IMG/VR virus record: IMGVR_UViG_3300043429_000621
Location: 1-61,107 of that record
DNA from: a virus
Taxonomy: Duplodnaviria; Caudoviricetes
Strand: one strand, 5' to 3'
DNA length: 61,107 bases
The position numbers were made by a program, and so were the translations under genes. Every line of letters begins with the position of its first letter. Positions within the stretch are counted from its first letter, which is position 1. Below are positions 35,008-43,640 of the stretch, one piece after another. The notes beneath the pieces are model-generated. The model saw only the letters and a program-made list of their open reading frames with translations. It was not told the origin of the DNA and made no database searches.

Positions 35008-35261
35008 CTTTCCTCTCCGTCGTCTTGCAGGTCGATCATGTCCAGTTTGATCTTGGCGATTTCCTGCGCTGCGGCCTGCATGAAGGCCCAAAGGCCGTGC
35101 AGGTTGTTCGTGTAAGCGCGGTTGCTGCACTTCGGGCATCGGGCCGTTGCTGCAAGCCCGTTTTCGTCCTCCCGTTGCAGAACGAAAGCGGTGGACGTTT
35201 GCCCGCACGACATGCAGGAAACGAGTGCTTCGACTTTCTTGCGGCGCGGCGCGTCACCCAT
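35004..35261 (-). CDS. Zinc-ribbon hypothetical protein
   Basis: CMSCG and CPKC. Confidence 0.55.
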   Translation of the reverse strand: MGDAPRRKKVEALVSCMSCGQTSTAFVLQREDENGLAATARCPKCSNRAYTNNLHGLWAFMQAAAQEIAKIKLDMIDLQDDGEER

Positions 35262-35688
35262 TGTCGGCCTCCGTGGTGAGGGCGGCGCGGGCAATGTCCT
35301 GCGGCTTCGGCAGGCGATAGTCCGGCATATCGGCGATTTTTTGTAGCACCGCTTCCAGCCGCTCGGTGCGGGCCTCGGCGGCGGTGAGACGGTCTTCCAG
35401 CTTTGCGCCGCTCACGTTCAAAGTGCGATGCCCGCGAAGAAGGCTATCCCGCTCCGCCCGCAGCGCGGCGTTCTGGGCGAGGAGGGCGGTGATCAGGTCG
35501 GCGGCGTCATCCCTGTTCCACAGGCGCAGGCTTTCGATCGCCTCCCCCGCCCGTTCCGCCAGATCGGCGTCGAGGTGCGCGGATAGGGCGGCTAGGACGT
35601 CGCTTTCGTGAAGCAGGCGGTCGCCGTTGACGGGCTGGTATCGTGTCGGAACATCCCGCAGAAGCGCGGCGGCGAGGTCGGTGGTCAT
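35254..35688 (-). CDS. Hypothetical coiled-coil protein
   Basis: ATGA-coupled to the CmoA-like gene. Confidence 0.55.
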   Translation of the reverse strand: MTTDLAAALLRDVPTRYQPVNGDRLLHESDVLAALSAHLDADLAERAGEAIESLRLWNRDDAADLITALLAQNAALRAERDSLLRGHRTLNVSGAKLEDRLTAAEARTERLEAVLQKIADMPDYRLPKPQDIARAALTTEADNG

Positions 35689-36338
35689 GCCTTCACTCCC
35701 ACCTTGCAGGTGAACTGACCGTGCGCCCAGATCGTGCTGACGGTGTCGAAGTTGTTCCGCATGACCTTGGCCAGATCGTACTGGGACATGCGGCGCATCG
35801 ACCCGCGCAGCTGGGCGGATTTGTTCAGCACCTCCTTGTCGTCGAAGTTGCTGCGCTTCCACTCGATCAGGTCGCGCTCGATCACCTCGGCCAGACCGGC
35901 GTCGGCCAGATGTGTCTTCTCGGCGATGATCATCGCGCCGCCGGACACCAGTCCCTCGGCGGCCCGCTCGATCACCTCGACGCGGGCGTTGTAGGGCAGG
36001 AACTGCAGCGTGAAGAGCGACAGGATCACGCTGGTGTTGTTTAGCATGCCGTCCCGCGCCGCCGCCACGATGTCGAGGGTCAGGAAGGTGGTCTGCGATG
36101 CCACCTCGCGCTTCCAGACAGCGCGGTCGAGGCCGACATACTCGACCCCCAGACGCTTCGTCGCGTCGATCAGGAACTTGCCGGTGGAGCAGCCCAGATC
36201 GACCACGGCGGTGCCTTCCTGCGCGAAGGCATAGGTCACCTCATGGCAGAGCCGATACATCTCCTCGACCATGGGGATCGACCGGCGGATGTGATCGTCG
36301 AAGTTGTGGACCTTGGTAAAGTCAAACGAGTTTTTCAT
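35685..36338 (-). CDS. CmoA-like SAM-dependent enzyme (putative carboxy-SAM synthase)
   Basis: Collinear CmoA motifs: FDDHIRRSIP, DLGCSTG, FTLQF, GL..GG..I.AEK, WKR, E...K...L...M. Confidence 0.8.
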   Translation of the reverse strand: MKNSFDFTKVHNFDDHIRRSIPMVEEMYRLCHEVTYAFAQEGTAVVDLGCSTGKFLIDATKRLGVEYVGLDRAVWKREVASQTTFLTLDIVAAARDGMLNNTSVILSLFTLQFLPYNARVEVIERAAEGLVSGGAMIIAEKTHLADAGLAEVIERDLIEWKRSNFDDKEVLNKSAQLRGSMRRMSQYDLAKVMRNNFDTVSTIWAHGQFTCKVGVKA

Positions 36339-37209
36339 GGATCAGGTTTCCAATGTGGGAGACGACCGGCACGGACATGCCGTTGAGCCGGAACTGTTCG
36401 GCGATGGTCAGGCCAAGCCCTTCCAGCCAATCTTCGGGGAAGCCCTGCAGGCGCATCCTCTCGCGCGGCATCACGCGCCGGACGGTTCCGTCTGGGTGGA
36501 TGACGAGGTCGGTGTAGGATTTGTGGTCGCGCTTTGCGAGGGTTCCGCTGACTGCGCTGCCTGCAAAGACGTCAGAGCGGAGGCGAGAGCAATAGGCAAG
36601 GGATTGCCGCTCTCCCGCGATCTCCGCAAGATGGCGCTCACGGCGTTGCTGGAGATCGCGGACCGCGCGGGCGGCTTCGTATCCAGAACGTCTTGCACAG
36701 TCGAATAGATCGGTTCCGGCGGGCATTCCATCGCGGACGGCCACGATGTAAACTCGGCGTCGACGCTGGGGGAGGCCAAAGAACTGGGTGTCGAAGAGCG
36801 TCCAAGCCGCATCATACCCGATGCAGGCCAAGTCGCCGAGGACGCGATGCAGTCCACGGGACCGAAGAGCGAATACGTTTTCCACAATCGCAAATCGGGG
36901 TCGTACTGCATCAATTGCGTCTCGGTAGAAGGTCCAAAGACCTGATTTTTCACCATCAATTCCATTGTTCTTTCCAGCGATGCTGATGTCTTGGCAGGGG
37001 AACCCGCCGGTGAGGATGTCGGCCCCGATCTGGGCCAAGGCGCGGGTGTCGCGGACATCGTCGATCAGCGGAACGTCCGGCCAGTGCTTGGCGATCACCT
37101 TGCGGCTGGCCGGATCGTTCTCGCAGAACGCCACGGTCCGGTAGTGTCCTGTACGTTCAAGGCCGAGGGAGAACCCACCGATGCCGGAGAATAGGTCCAT
37201 GACCCTCAA
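36322..37209 (-). CDS. DNA cytosine-C5 methyltransferase-family enzyme
   Basis: Motifs I DLFSGIGG, IV GGFPCQD, VI ENV, VIII PQRRRRVY, IX ERMRLQGFP and an atypical X (FRLNGMSVPVV); TTG start inferred. Confidence 0.88.
   Translation of the reverse strand: MRVMDLFSGIGGFSLGLERTGHYRTVAFCENDPASRKVIAKHWPDVPLIDDVRDTRALAQIGADILTGGFPCQDISIAGKNNGIDGEKSGLWTFYRDAIDAVRPRFAIVENVFALRSRGLHRVLGDLACIGYDAAWTLFDTQFFGLPQRRRRVYIVAVRDGMPAGTDLFDCARRSGYEAARAVRDLQQRRERHLAEIAGERQSLAYCSRLRSDVFAGSAVSGTLAKRDHKSYTDLVIHPDGTVRRVMPRERMRLQGFPEDWLEGLGLTIAEQFRLNGMSVPVVSHIGNLIHEKLV
36471..36965 (-). CDS. Nested alternative-frame ORF, putative methyltransferase beta-subunit
   Basis: TWPASGMM...STVQDVLD...ISSNAVSAILRRSRESGNPLP..L..AL; purine-rich stretch before the ATG; lies entirely within the MTase gene. 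Confidence 0.55.
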   Translation of the reverse strand: MELMVKNQVFGPSTETQLMQYDPDLRLWKTYSLFGPVDCIASSATWPASGMMRLGRSSTPSSLASPSVDAEFTSWPSAMECPPEPIYSTVQDVLDTKPPARSAISSNAVSAILRRSRESGNPLPIALASALTSLQAAQSAEPSQSATTNPTPTSSSTQTEPSGA

Positions 37210-37412
37210 TTTGCGGGCCTCGGACGGGGCCTGATCGACGACGACGGCAGCGCTGTCTCGTCGCAGATCACGGTGAAGTCGTACGTCATCTGCGCCGTGA
37301 CCGGCTGGATCGACGTCTCGCAGGCCTCCAGCGAGGGATACACCACCCCTGAAGTCGAACCCTCCAGCGGGCCGCTCAGGATGGTTACCCAGAGGACGGT
37401 GAAGTAGGTCAT
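37206..37412 (-). CDS. Small hypothetical protein with a hydrophobic N-terminus
   Basis: AAGGAG RBS; YPSLEAC...C...RPRPRP. Confidence 0.6.
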   Translation of the reverse strand: MTYFTVLWVTILSGPLEGSTSGVVYPSLEACETSIQPVTAQMTYDFTVICDETALPSSSIRPRPRPAN

Positions 37413-37532
37413 GCTTCTCTCCTTCAGTTTGCTCCCACGGAGCCTTGGACACGGAAACCGGCACCTTCGGGAGGTGACCGTCTGCCGAACTGGTGTAGGA
37501 CCGGTTCGGCACAAGGATCGTCTTCTTTGCCA

Positions 37533-38351
37533 TCAGAACCCCCACTTCTGGGCGCAGATCGGGCCGATGCCAGCCTCGATGCTGGTGTGGTTGGTCAGTT
37601 CGCGCCCGCAGCAGGAGCAGGTGCCGGTGCGCTGGCCGTAGCGGATCGCCGCACCCTTGGGATCGGCAGCGATGGCCTGCAGGCGGGCCAGCGTGTCGGC
37701 GCGGGCCTCGCGCACAGCCTTGAAGGTCACGGCCTCGATCTTGCCCTGATAGGCGTCATCCTCGATCTCGACGACGTAGAGGCAGCCCGCGTTGCGGCCC
37801 ATGGGCGAGGCGAGGCTGATCTTCAGCCCCTCGGCGCGGTAGCAGGGCTTCTTGTAGCCGGACGCCACGGCGGTATCGAACATCTCGCGGATGCGGTCGA
37901 GGTTCACGTACGCGCTCCGCGCCGCGATGGCGGCTTGGCGCTTCTCCCAGCCGCGCTGCCATGCGCCAATCTGGTTGGCGGTCAGCTGGCCGCGCGTGGT
38001 CAGCTGGTGATACAGGGACGCCGTGAACTCAGTCTTCTGGTTCACCAAATCGGCCCACATCTCTGGGTAGTTCTCGGCGAACTCCTTCACCATGCGGCGG
38101 ACGCGCTGCTCCTCCTCGGCCCGCTTGGCCTGCACGGCGGCGCGGCGCTTGGCGCGGAATTCCGGCGAGGTGGTAAAGTAGCCGCGACCGCCGCAGGCGA
38201 GGCAGTAGCTGTTGCCGTGGCGGTTGGTGCCGCCCGACCACTTGCCCGTGCCGCCGCACTGACCGCAGGGAAAGCGCTGTTCGACCTTCTGGGCGCGGTG
38301 ACCTTCGATCTCGGTGGGCAGGCCGTTGATGAAGTCGTCGAAGTCGGACAT
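37533..38351 (-). CDS. DUF6011-domain zinc-finger protein
   Basis: Two CxxCxGxG motifs; C-terminal CSCCGRELT...SIEAGIGPICA. Confidence 0.75.
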   Translation of the reverse strand: MSDFDDFINGLPTEIEGHRAQKVEQRFPCGQCGGTGKWSGGTNRHGNSYCLACGGRGYFTTSPEFRAKRRAAVQAKRAEEEQRVRRMVKEFAENYPEMWADLVNQKTEFTASLYHQLTTRGQLTANQIGAWQRGWEKRQAAIAARSAYVNLDRIREMFDTAVASGYKKPCYRAEGLKISLASPMGRNAGCLYVVEIEDDAYQGKIEAVTFKAVREARADTLARLQAIAADPKGAAIRYGQRTGTCSCCGRELTNHTSIEAGIGPICAQKWGF

Positions 38352-38407
38352 CTGGATCACTCCAAGAAACATGATGTGGATATACCTACACCCACGTTGT
38401 TGGTTCG

Positions 38408-40699
38408 TCAATCCCCGCCGACAAACCTGTATCGTACGATGGACTTCTTGTTGTAGGGGTGGACGCTCTCCTCGGTGACGATCTCGCCGCGCGCGACCAT
38501 CTTGCTCAGGCAGGTCTCGATGTCCTCCTTCTTGAACTTCCGCAGCCGGTTGACGATCACGCCCAAGGTCTCGCCGGTTTCGCCGCCGGTGATCAGGGAC
38601 AGGCGCATCTTCAAGGCCAATGCGGGCGCGTCGGCCTCGCGGTCGTTGGCGGTGACGAGGCGCATCTTGGTGTCAAGGTCGTGCCGGACCAGTGCGAAAG
38701 CGTAGCGCACATGCTCCACGGTGCGGATGCCCTCCGGCACGGCAAGGATCAGGCTCAGTTTGCTGACCAGTTCGTAGCCCCGCATCATCAGGGCTTCTAG
38801 ACCGCTCTGTTCCTTGTGTTCCTGCGCCATGCGGTCGAAGTACTGGATGATGCTGTCCAGCAAGCCAGCGGCCACCGTCTCGGTCGGGATCACGATGCGG
38901 TCGCCGTAATATTCGACCCGCGCGTTCGGCGGCACGGTCATGTCGAAACTGCCCGCCATGGCGATCTGCTGCAGCGCGATCTTGAGGTCTTCGGGCAGGT
39001 TGGGCCGGATGTGGCGGGGCCGCGTCGGCGGGGCGGTGTCCGGCTCGATGCAGAGAATGGAACGCCCGATGAAGCCGTTGGCCGCCGCCTCGTAGTCCAC
39101 CAGTTCATCGAAGTTCTTGCCGGTGGTGAAGCCGATCAGGGAGAGGAGCGGGCGGTCGAGGCCCTGATCGAGGGTCTGGAGCATGTGGACGATGGCGTCC
39201 TGCCGGTTCAAGAGGAAGGGCTTCTGGCCGACATCCTCGATCTGCTTCTCGATCTTGGCCAGATCGCGCTGCAGTTCGCGCTTGATGTCTTCCCGCATGT
39301 CGCCGGAGATCGGCAGACGGCCATCGGCCTTTGAATAGGCCGACATCAGCAGCCCGACGATGCCCTCCATGTAGACCGCGCCGCCGCGCTTCTGGGCCGA
39401 CTTGATCTTCTGCAGTAGGAAGCCGATTTCGTCGACCAGATAGAAGGCGGCTTGGTTCCGCGTCAGGTTGCGCGTGATCTCCTGCTCGGACTTGATGGTG
39501 CCGTGGGTGGCGGGGGCGAGGCCGCAGGCGACATGGACCTCGATGATCGACTGGACGATGGCCTCTTTGCCGGTGCCGGACCCCGCGACGTTGAAGACGA
39601 AGAGGTTGGTGGTGGCGCGGTCAAGGTCGTCGGTGTAGCGCAGACCGGCGACATTCCCCATGGTGTAGATCGCGGCCATGGCGGCGAGGTGTTCGCGCGG
39701 GCGGCGGCCCCGCTGATTGATCCACTCCGCCAGCTTGCCGGTCAGCCCAGGTGGTCGCAGCAGGTCGACCCCGCGCACATCCAGCAGATCGACCGTCTTT
39801 TCCTCGACCACGGGGAAGTCGAACTCGACGTCTGGCCGGAACGTCACCGGCTGCTTCCAGCCGCCCTGCTCGGCGTAATGGACGAGGGTGCCGAGGGTCA
39901 CAGGGTTGGCGGACTTGCCGAAGCTGTGCCACTTCCGCGCCATCTCCTCGGCCTTGTACTTCGCCGACTGCTGTGACCATGCGTCCCAGACGTCCAGCGC
40001 GGTGCCACCAGAGGCGTGGTGCAGCGCCATGCCGACCCGCACCCATGTCTCGTAATCATCGACGTCCGCAACATGGCGCACCATGTCCTGCAGGTCGTCA
40101 TGGCTGACATCGACCGTCTGGCCGCCCAGTTCGGCACGGTGTCGCTCCGGCTTCTTCAGCTTGGCCAGCAACGCCTCCGGCGCATCCTCGATGTCGTCGG
40201 GAGTGCCGACCACGACCTCGTAGCGCTTTCCGCTGGCATGCAGGCTGCCCGCGCCCACGACGTAAGCCGCGCCAGACTTGAAGTCGATGCCGGGGTATTC
40301 CGACAGCTTCACGCAGAGCGCGAGGCCTTCCGGCACCCTGAAGAAATAGTGCCGTGACCCGCCGCCGGAGCCGGTGTTCACGATCAGACCAGCCCCAGCA
40401 ATCGCGGGGATGTCTTCCAGAAGCTTCTGCAGGCTGGCAAGGCCACCGTTGCGGGCGTCGATGTCCACCACAAGCAGGCCGCGCAGCAGGACGCCGTAGC
40501 CGGTGTCGAACTGGCCCATCTGCTCCATCGTCTCCAGCTGCTCCTCCGACCAGTGCGGGGTGTGCTGCCAGTTGGAGACCAGCGGGTGCTTCAGCACCGC
40601 CTTGCAGGTCGGGTCGCCGCAGGCGCAGTGACCGTCAGGGGTAGCGCCATGGAGACCGAAGACGAGATGTCCGGCCCCCCAGAAGGAGCGATGTGTCAT
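38408..40699 (-). CDS. Primase-polymerase with PriCT-2 and helicase-like (DUF3987-like) domains
   Basis: VVDIDARNGG, TGSGG..RHY, DYETWVRVGMALH, W..WS..S.KY, AGSGTGKE, LVDEIG. Confidence 0.85.
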   Translation of the reverse strand: MTHRSFWGAGHLVFGLHGATPDGHCACGDPTCKAVLKHPLVSNWQHTPHWSEEQLETMEQMGQFDTGYGVLLRGLLVVDIDARNGGLASLQKLLEDIPAIAGAGLIVNTGSGGGSRHYFFRVPEGLALCVKLSEYPGIDFKSGAAYVVGAGSLHASGKRYEVVVGTPDDIEDAPEALLAKLKKPERHRAELGGQTVDVSHDDLQDMVRHVADVDDYETWVRVGMALHHASGGTALDVWDAWSQQSAKYKAEEMARKWHSFGKSANPVTLGTLVHYAEQGGWKQPVTFRPDVEFDFPVVEEKTVDLLDVRGVDLLRPPGLTGKLAEWINQRGRRPREHLAAMAAIYTMGNVAGLRYTDDLDRATTNLFVFNVAGSGTGKEAIVQSIIEVHVACGLAPATHGTIKSEQEITRNLTRNQAAFYLVDEIGFLLQKIKSAQKRGGAVYMEGIVGLLMSAYSKADGRLPISGDMREDIKRELQRDLAKIEKQIEDVGQKPFLLNRQDAIVHMLQTLDQGLDRPLLSLIGFTTGKNFDELVDYEAAANGFIGRSILCIEPDTAPPTRPRHIRPNLPEDLKIALQQIAMAGSFDMTVPPNARVEYYGDRIVIPTETVAAGLLDSIIQYFDRMAQEHKEQSGLEALMMRGYELVSKLSLILAVPEGIRTVEHVRYAFALVRHDLDTKMRLVTANDREADAPALALKMRLSLITGGETGETLGVIVNRLRKFKKEDIETCLSKMVARGEIVTEESVHPYNKKSIVRYRFVGGD

Positions 40700-40707
40700 G
40701 ATGATGT

Positions 40708-40932
40708 TCAGCCGAACAGGTAGTTGCCAAGCTTCTCGATGGTCGTCAGGGTAGGCGTCTCGCCGCGCCCCTTGGCGATGTTTCGTACCGTGTTTTCGTG
40801 CAGGCCCGTGGCCGCTGCCACCTTGGACAGGTTGCGGTCGTCCAGCGCCATCCGGATGCGGACAAGCTGCTCGTCGATGGTCGCCTTGATGACGTCAGCG
40901 GGTTTCTCCTGCTTTTCGGGGGTGTCCGACAT
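40708..40932 (-). CDS. HTH (Cro/XRE-like) transcriptional regulator
   Basis: NLSKVAAATGLHENTVRNIAKG...PTLTTIEKL. Confidence 0.8.
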   Translation of the reverse strand: MSDTPEKQEKPADVIKATIDEQLVRIRMALDDRNLSKVAAATGLHENTVRNIAKGRGETPTLTTIEKLGNYLFG

Positions 40933-40963
40933 TGTTGTTGTCTCCTGTGTCACAAAATGCGTG

Positions 40964-40996
40964 TTGACATTCGCACAGTGCGCCGCGTAACGTCAA
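40964..40996. promoter_or_regulatory. Divergent promoter region between the HTH/primase and recombination operons
   Basis: Plus TTGACA-18-TAACGT; minus TTGACG facing the HTH gene. Confidence 0.5.
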
Positions 40997-41024
40997 CCCG
41001 TTGAGCGAAGAGAAAGGAGCGAGA

Positions 41025-41807
41025 ATGAGTATTCTCGAAACGATCAGCAAGCCGAAGAACCGGCCTGTCGTTGCCACCATCTTGGGTGACGCGGGCCTCG
41101 GCAAGACGAGCCTTGCCGCCACCTTCCCGAAACCGATCTTCATTCGCGCCGAGGATGGCCTGTCGTCCATCCCTGAGAGCCAGCGGCCTGACGCCTTCCC
41201 GCGTCTGCATTCGGTCGTCGATCTCTGGGAGCAGCTGGCCGCTCTGGTGAAAGAGGATCACGGGTACAGCACGGTCGTCATCGACAGTGTCACGGCGCTG
41301 GAGGTCATGTTCGTGGACCATGTCATCGAAAGTGACCCGAGGAACCCGAAGGGCATCCAGCAGGCCCACGGGGGATACGGTGCGGGCCGTGACATGGTGT
41401 CCTCCATGCACCGCCGCGTCCGCAAGGCCGCAGAGATGCTGGTGGATCGTGGCGTGAACGTGGTGTTCGTGGCCCATGCCGATACCGTGCGGATCGAGCC
41501 GCCGGACGCCGACCCCTACACGAAGTTCTCCATGCGGCTGCACGAAAAGTCGATGCAGCCCTATGTGGACAACGTCGATCTGGTCGGCTTCCTCCGGCTG
41601 GAGACGTTCGTGACCGGCGACGGCGAAAGGAAGAAGGCGATCTCGGATGGCACCCGACAGCTTGTCTGTCACGCCGTGGCGTCCAACGTGTCGAAGAACC
41701 GCTTCGGCATCACGGAACCCATCGAGGTCAAGTACGGGGAAAACCCCCTCGCGGCCTTCATCCCGCAACTGCAAACGAAACCCACCACCAAGGCGAAAGG
41801 TGAATAA
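41025..41807 (+). CDS. Sak4-like AAA ATPase / single-strand annealing protein
   Basis: GDAGLGKTS, TVVIDS, GGYGAG, FVAH, SKNRF; followed by an SSB gene. Confidence 0.85.
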   Translation: MSILETISKPKNRPVVATILGDAGLGKTSLAATFPKPIFIRAEDGLSSIPESQRPDAFPRLHSVVDLWEQLAALVKEDHGYSTVVIDSVTALEVMFVDHVIESDPRNPKGIQQAHGGYGAGRDMVSSMHRRVRKAAEMLVDRGVNVVFVAHADTVRIEPPDADPYTKFSMRLHEKSMQPYVDNVDLVGFLRLETFVTGDGERKKAISDGTRQLVCHAVASNVSKNRFGITEPIEVKYGENPLAAFIPQLQTKPTTKAKGE

Positions 41808-41809
41808 CG

Positions 41810-42424
41810 ATGTCCTTCTGGAACCTCTCTGACGGCGAAGACGTCAAGTCCAACACCACCGGCGAATTCGATCAGGGCGGCGGTCGCATGGAAGTCATCC
41901 CCGACAATACGTCGGTGCTGGCGGCCATCGACGAGGCCAAGTGGGATCGTACGCAGGATCAGGACCGGTTCATCTCCCTGCGCTGGACCGTCCTCGCGCC
42001 GGAAGAGTTCAAGAACCGGAAAATCTTCCAGAAGGTCTGGGTGCTGGACCCCAAGCCCAACACCAAGCCGGAGAAGGTCGATCAGGTCCGCGACAAGGCC
42101 AAGCGCATGCTGGCGGCCATCGACATGAACGCGGGCGGCAAGCTGCTGGCCAAGGGCGAGATGCCCACGGACGAGAGCCTGACGGCCTGCCTCACCAACA
42201 AGCCCATGGTCATCAAGGTCATGGTCTGGGAAATGCCGGATCGCCAGAACGGCGGCACGGCGCAGGGCAACTGGGTTGGCGCGGTGTCGCCGAAATCCTC
42301 GCCTGTCTCCTCGCAGGAGGAGATCGAGAAGAATGCCGCAGCCATGGCCAAGCGGCCTCCGGCGACCGGCGGCGGGATGGGCGGCGGTCGGCGTGTTGAT
42401 GATGACGACGCCATTCCATTCTAA
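41810..42424 (+). CDS. Single-stranded DNA-binding protein (DUF669-like)
   Basis: Gly-rich linker and acidic DDDDAIPF tail; adjacent to Sak4. Confidence 0.8.
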   Translation: MSFWNLSDGEDVKSNTTGEFDQGGGRMEVIPDNTSVLAAIDEAKWDRTQDQDRFISLRWTVLAPEEFKNRKIFQKVWVLDPKPNTKPEKVDQVRDKAKRMLAAIDMNAGGKLLAKGEMPTDESLTACLTNKPMVIKVMVWEMPDRQNGGTAQGNWVGAVSPKSSPVSSQEEIEKNAAAMAKRPPATGGGMGGGRRVDDDDAIPF

Positions 42425-42433
42425 CGGGATGTC

Positions 42434-42462
42434 TTGACATATACCGTTATGGCCCCTTAACT
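42434..42462 (+). promoter_or_regulatory. Sigma70-like promoter of the endonuclease gene
   Basis: TTGACA-17-TTAACT immediately before the ATG (near-leaderless). Confidence 0.5.
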
Positions 42463-42468
42463 GGGGCC

Positions 42469-42921
42469 ATGACACATACCTGCAAAATATGCGGCGCAAC
42501 CAGTGACGTCTCCGAATTTTACAGGGGCATCAATACGCGCTGCAAAGAGTGCCACAAAGCCGCTGTTAAACAAAACAGGCTGAAGAATGCCGATCAGTAT
42601 CGCGCATATGATGCCAAACGGTTTCAGAGCGATCCGAAGGTTCGGGAGAGGCACCGCCGGTATCAAAAAACCCCAGCTGGCAAGGCGTCCGTCGATGCCA
42701 GCAGGAAAAGATGGATGGCAATGTCGCCAGAGAAAAGGGCGGCGCATGTCATCCTTGGGAATGCGGTTCGGGACGGCAGGATCAAGAAGCCAGACGCATG
42801 CGAAAGATGCGGCAAGGTGGAGGAGAAAAGCCGGAACATCCACGGTCATCATGATGACTATGCATTCCCCCTGAGTGTAATCTGGCTGTGTGCGACTTGC
42901 CACAAAGCTGAACACAAGTGA
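42469..42921 (+). CDS. HNH-type zinc endonuclease
   Basis: CKIC...CKEC, CERCG, HGHHDDY..PL.V.WLC..CH; AT-richer than flanks. Confidence 0.75.
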   Translation: MTHTCKICGATSDVSEFYRGINTRCKECHKAAVKQNRLKNADQYRAYDAKRFQSDPKVRERHRRYQKTPAGKASVDASRKRWMAMSPEKRAAHVILGNAVRDGRIKKPDACERCGKVEEKSRNIHGHHDDYAFPLSVIWLCATCHKAEHK

Positions 42922-42927
42922 GCAACC

Positions 42928-42951
42928 GGTGGGGGCGTTCGCGCCCCCGCC
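42928..42951 (+). terminator. GC hairpin with UUCG loop
   Basis: GGTGGGGGCG-TTCG-CGCCCCCGCC; no U-tract. Confidence 0.4.
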
Positions 42952-42975
42952 ACCCTATGACCCTTTGCATTGAGC

Positions 42976-43542
42976 ATGACCATGACCCGATTGACCAAGG
43001 ACGCCCGCGAGACGCTGTATCGCCAGATCATGTGCGGTATCCCGAACATCGACTACCTCGCCAAGATCAAGAAGATCGGCGAGGAGGAGATCATCCGCTT
43101 CGCGCCAAAGGCGGTGCAGGCGGCCTATGCCGACGAGACCAGTCGGCGCTACCTGCGGACCGAGAACTTCTGCCTCCGGCGCGGCAACCATTCGCTGTTC
43201 TGGCACCGCTGCCACGGGCTGACAGAAGACCTCATCCTGCGGATGGACGAAAACGTGACGGCCTACCTCAGGGAAGGCACCGTGCATCACGCGATTGCCA
43301 CGCGGATCGGTGCCGACAACCTGCTGAACAAGTACCTGCAGCAGGAGGCCCTGCGGGAAAGCGTGTCGAAGCGGCTGAAGGCCAACCTTGAGGCTGCCAA
43401 AACGATCAAGCAGCTTTACGAGACGCTGGAGCCGGAATTGCACCGCTTCATCCCGAAGGAGCCGGAGGCGGTGAAGAAGGTGAACCTGCCCGCGACCGTC
43501 GCGCCGGTCGTGGATGATCTGAAGAAGCTGGGATTTGCGTAA
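42976..43542 (+). CDS. Nmad5-like (nucleotide-modification-associated) protein
   Basis: TRLTKDARE.L start; TIKQL....PEL..FIP...NLPA end. Confidence 0.55.
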   Translation: MTMTRLTKDARETLYRQIMCGIPNIDYLAKIKKIGEEEIIRFAPKAVQAAYADETSRRYLRTENFCLRRGNHSLFWHRCHGLTEDLILRMDENVTAYLREGTVHHAIATRIGADNLLNKYLQQEALRESVSKRLKANLEAAKTIKQLYETLEPELHRFIPKEPEAVKKVNLPATVAPVVDDLKKLGFA

Positions 43543-43640
43543 TGGACAAAGACCTGAAACTGATCGGCATTATCTGCCTCACGATCATCATTTGCGTGGC
43601 GCTGATGACCAGCTGCGCCAAGGTCACGGGGTTTTCCTGA
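43542..43640 (+). CDS. Small membrane peptide, 32 aa
   Basis: MDKDLKLIGIICLTIIICVALMTSCAKVTGFS*; TAATG and TGATG coupling. Confidence 0.55.
   Translation: MDKDLKLIGIICLTIIICVALMTSCAKVTGFS

Noticed and set aside
37210-37545. 407-aa version of the methyltransferase with a long N-terminal extension
   Set aside because: Motif I starts just after the TTG at 37209, and the extension overlaps a gene with its own strong RBS (37206-37412). A translated MAKKTIL... leader from 37533 cannot be excluded.
40708-40996. Lysogeny switch (cI/cro)
   Set aside because: Only one short HTH gene, with no peptidase-bearing repressor, integrase or partition genes recognised.
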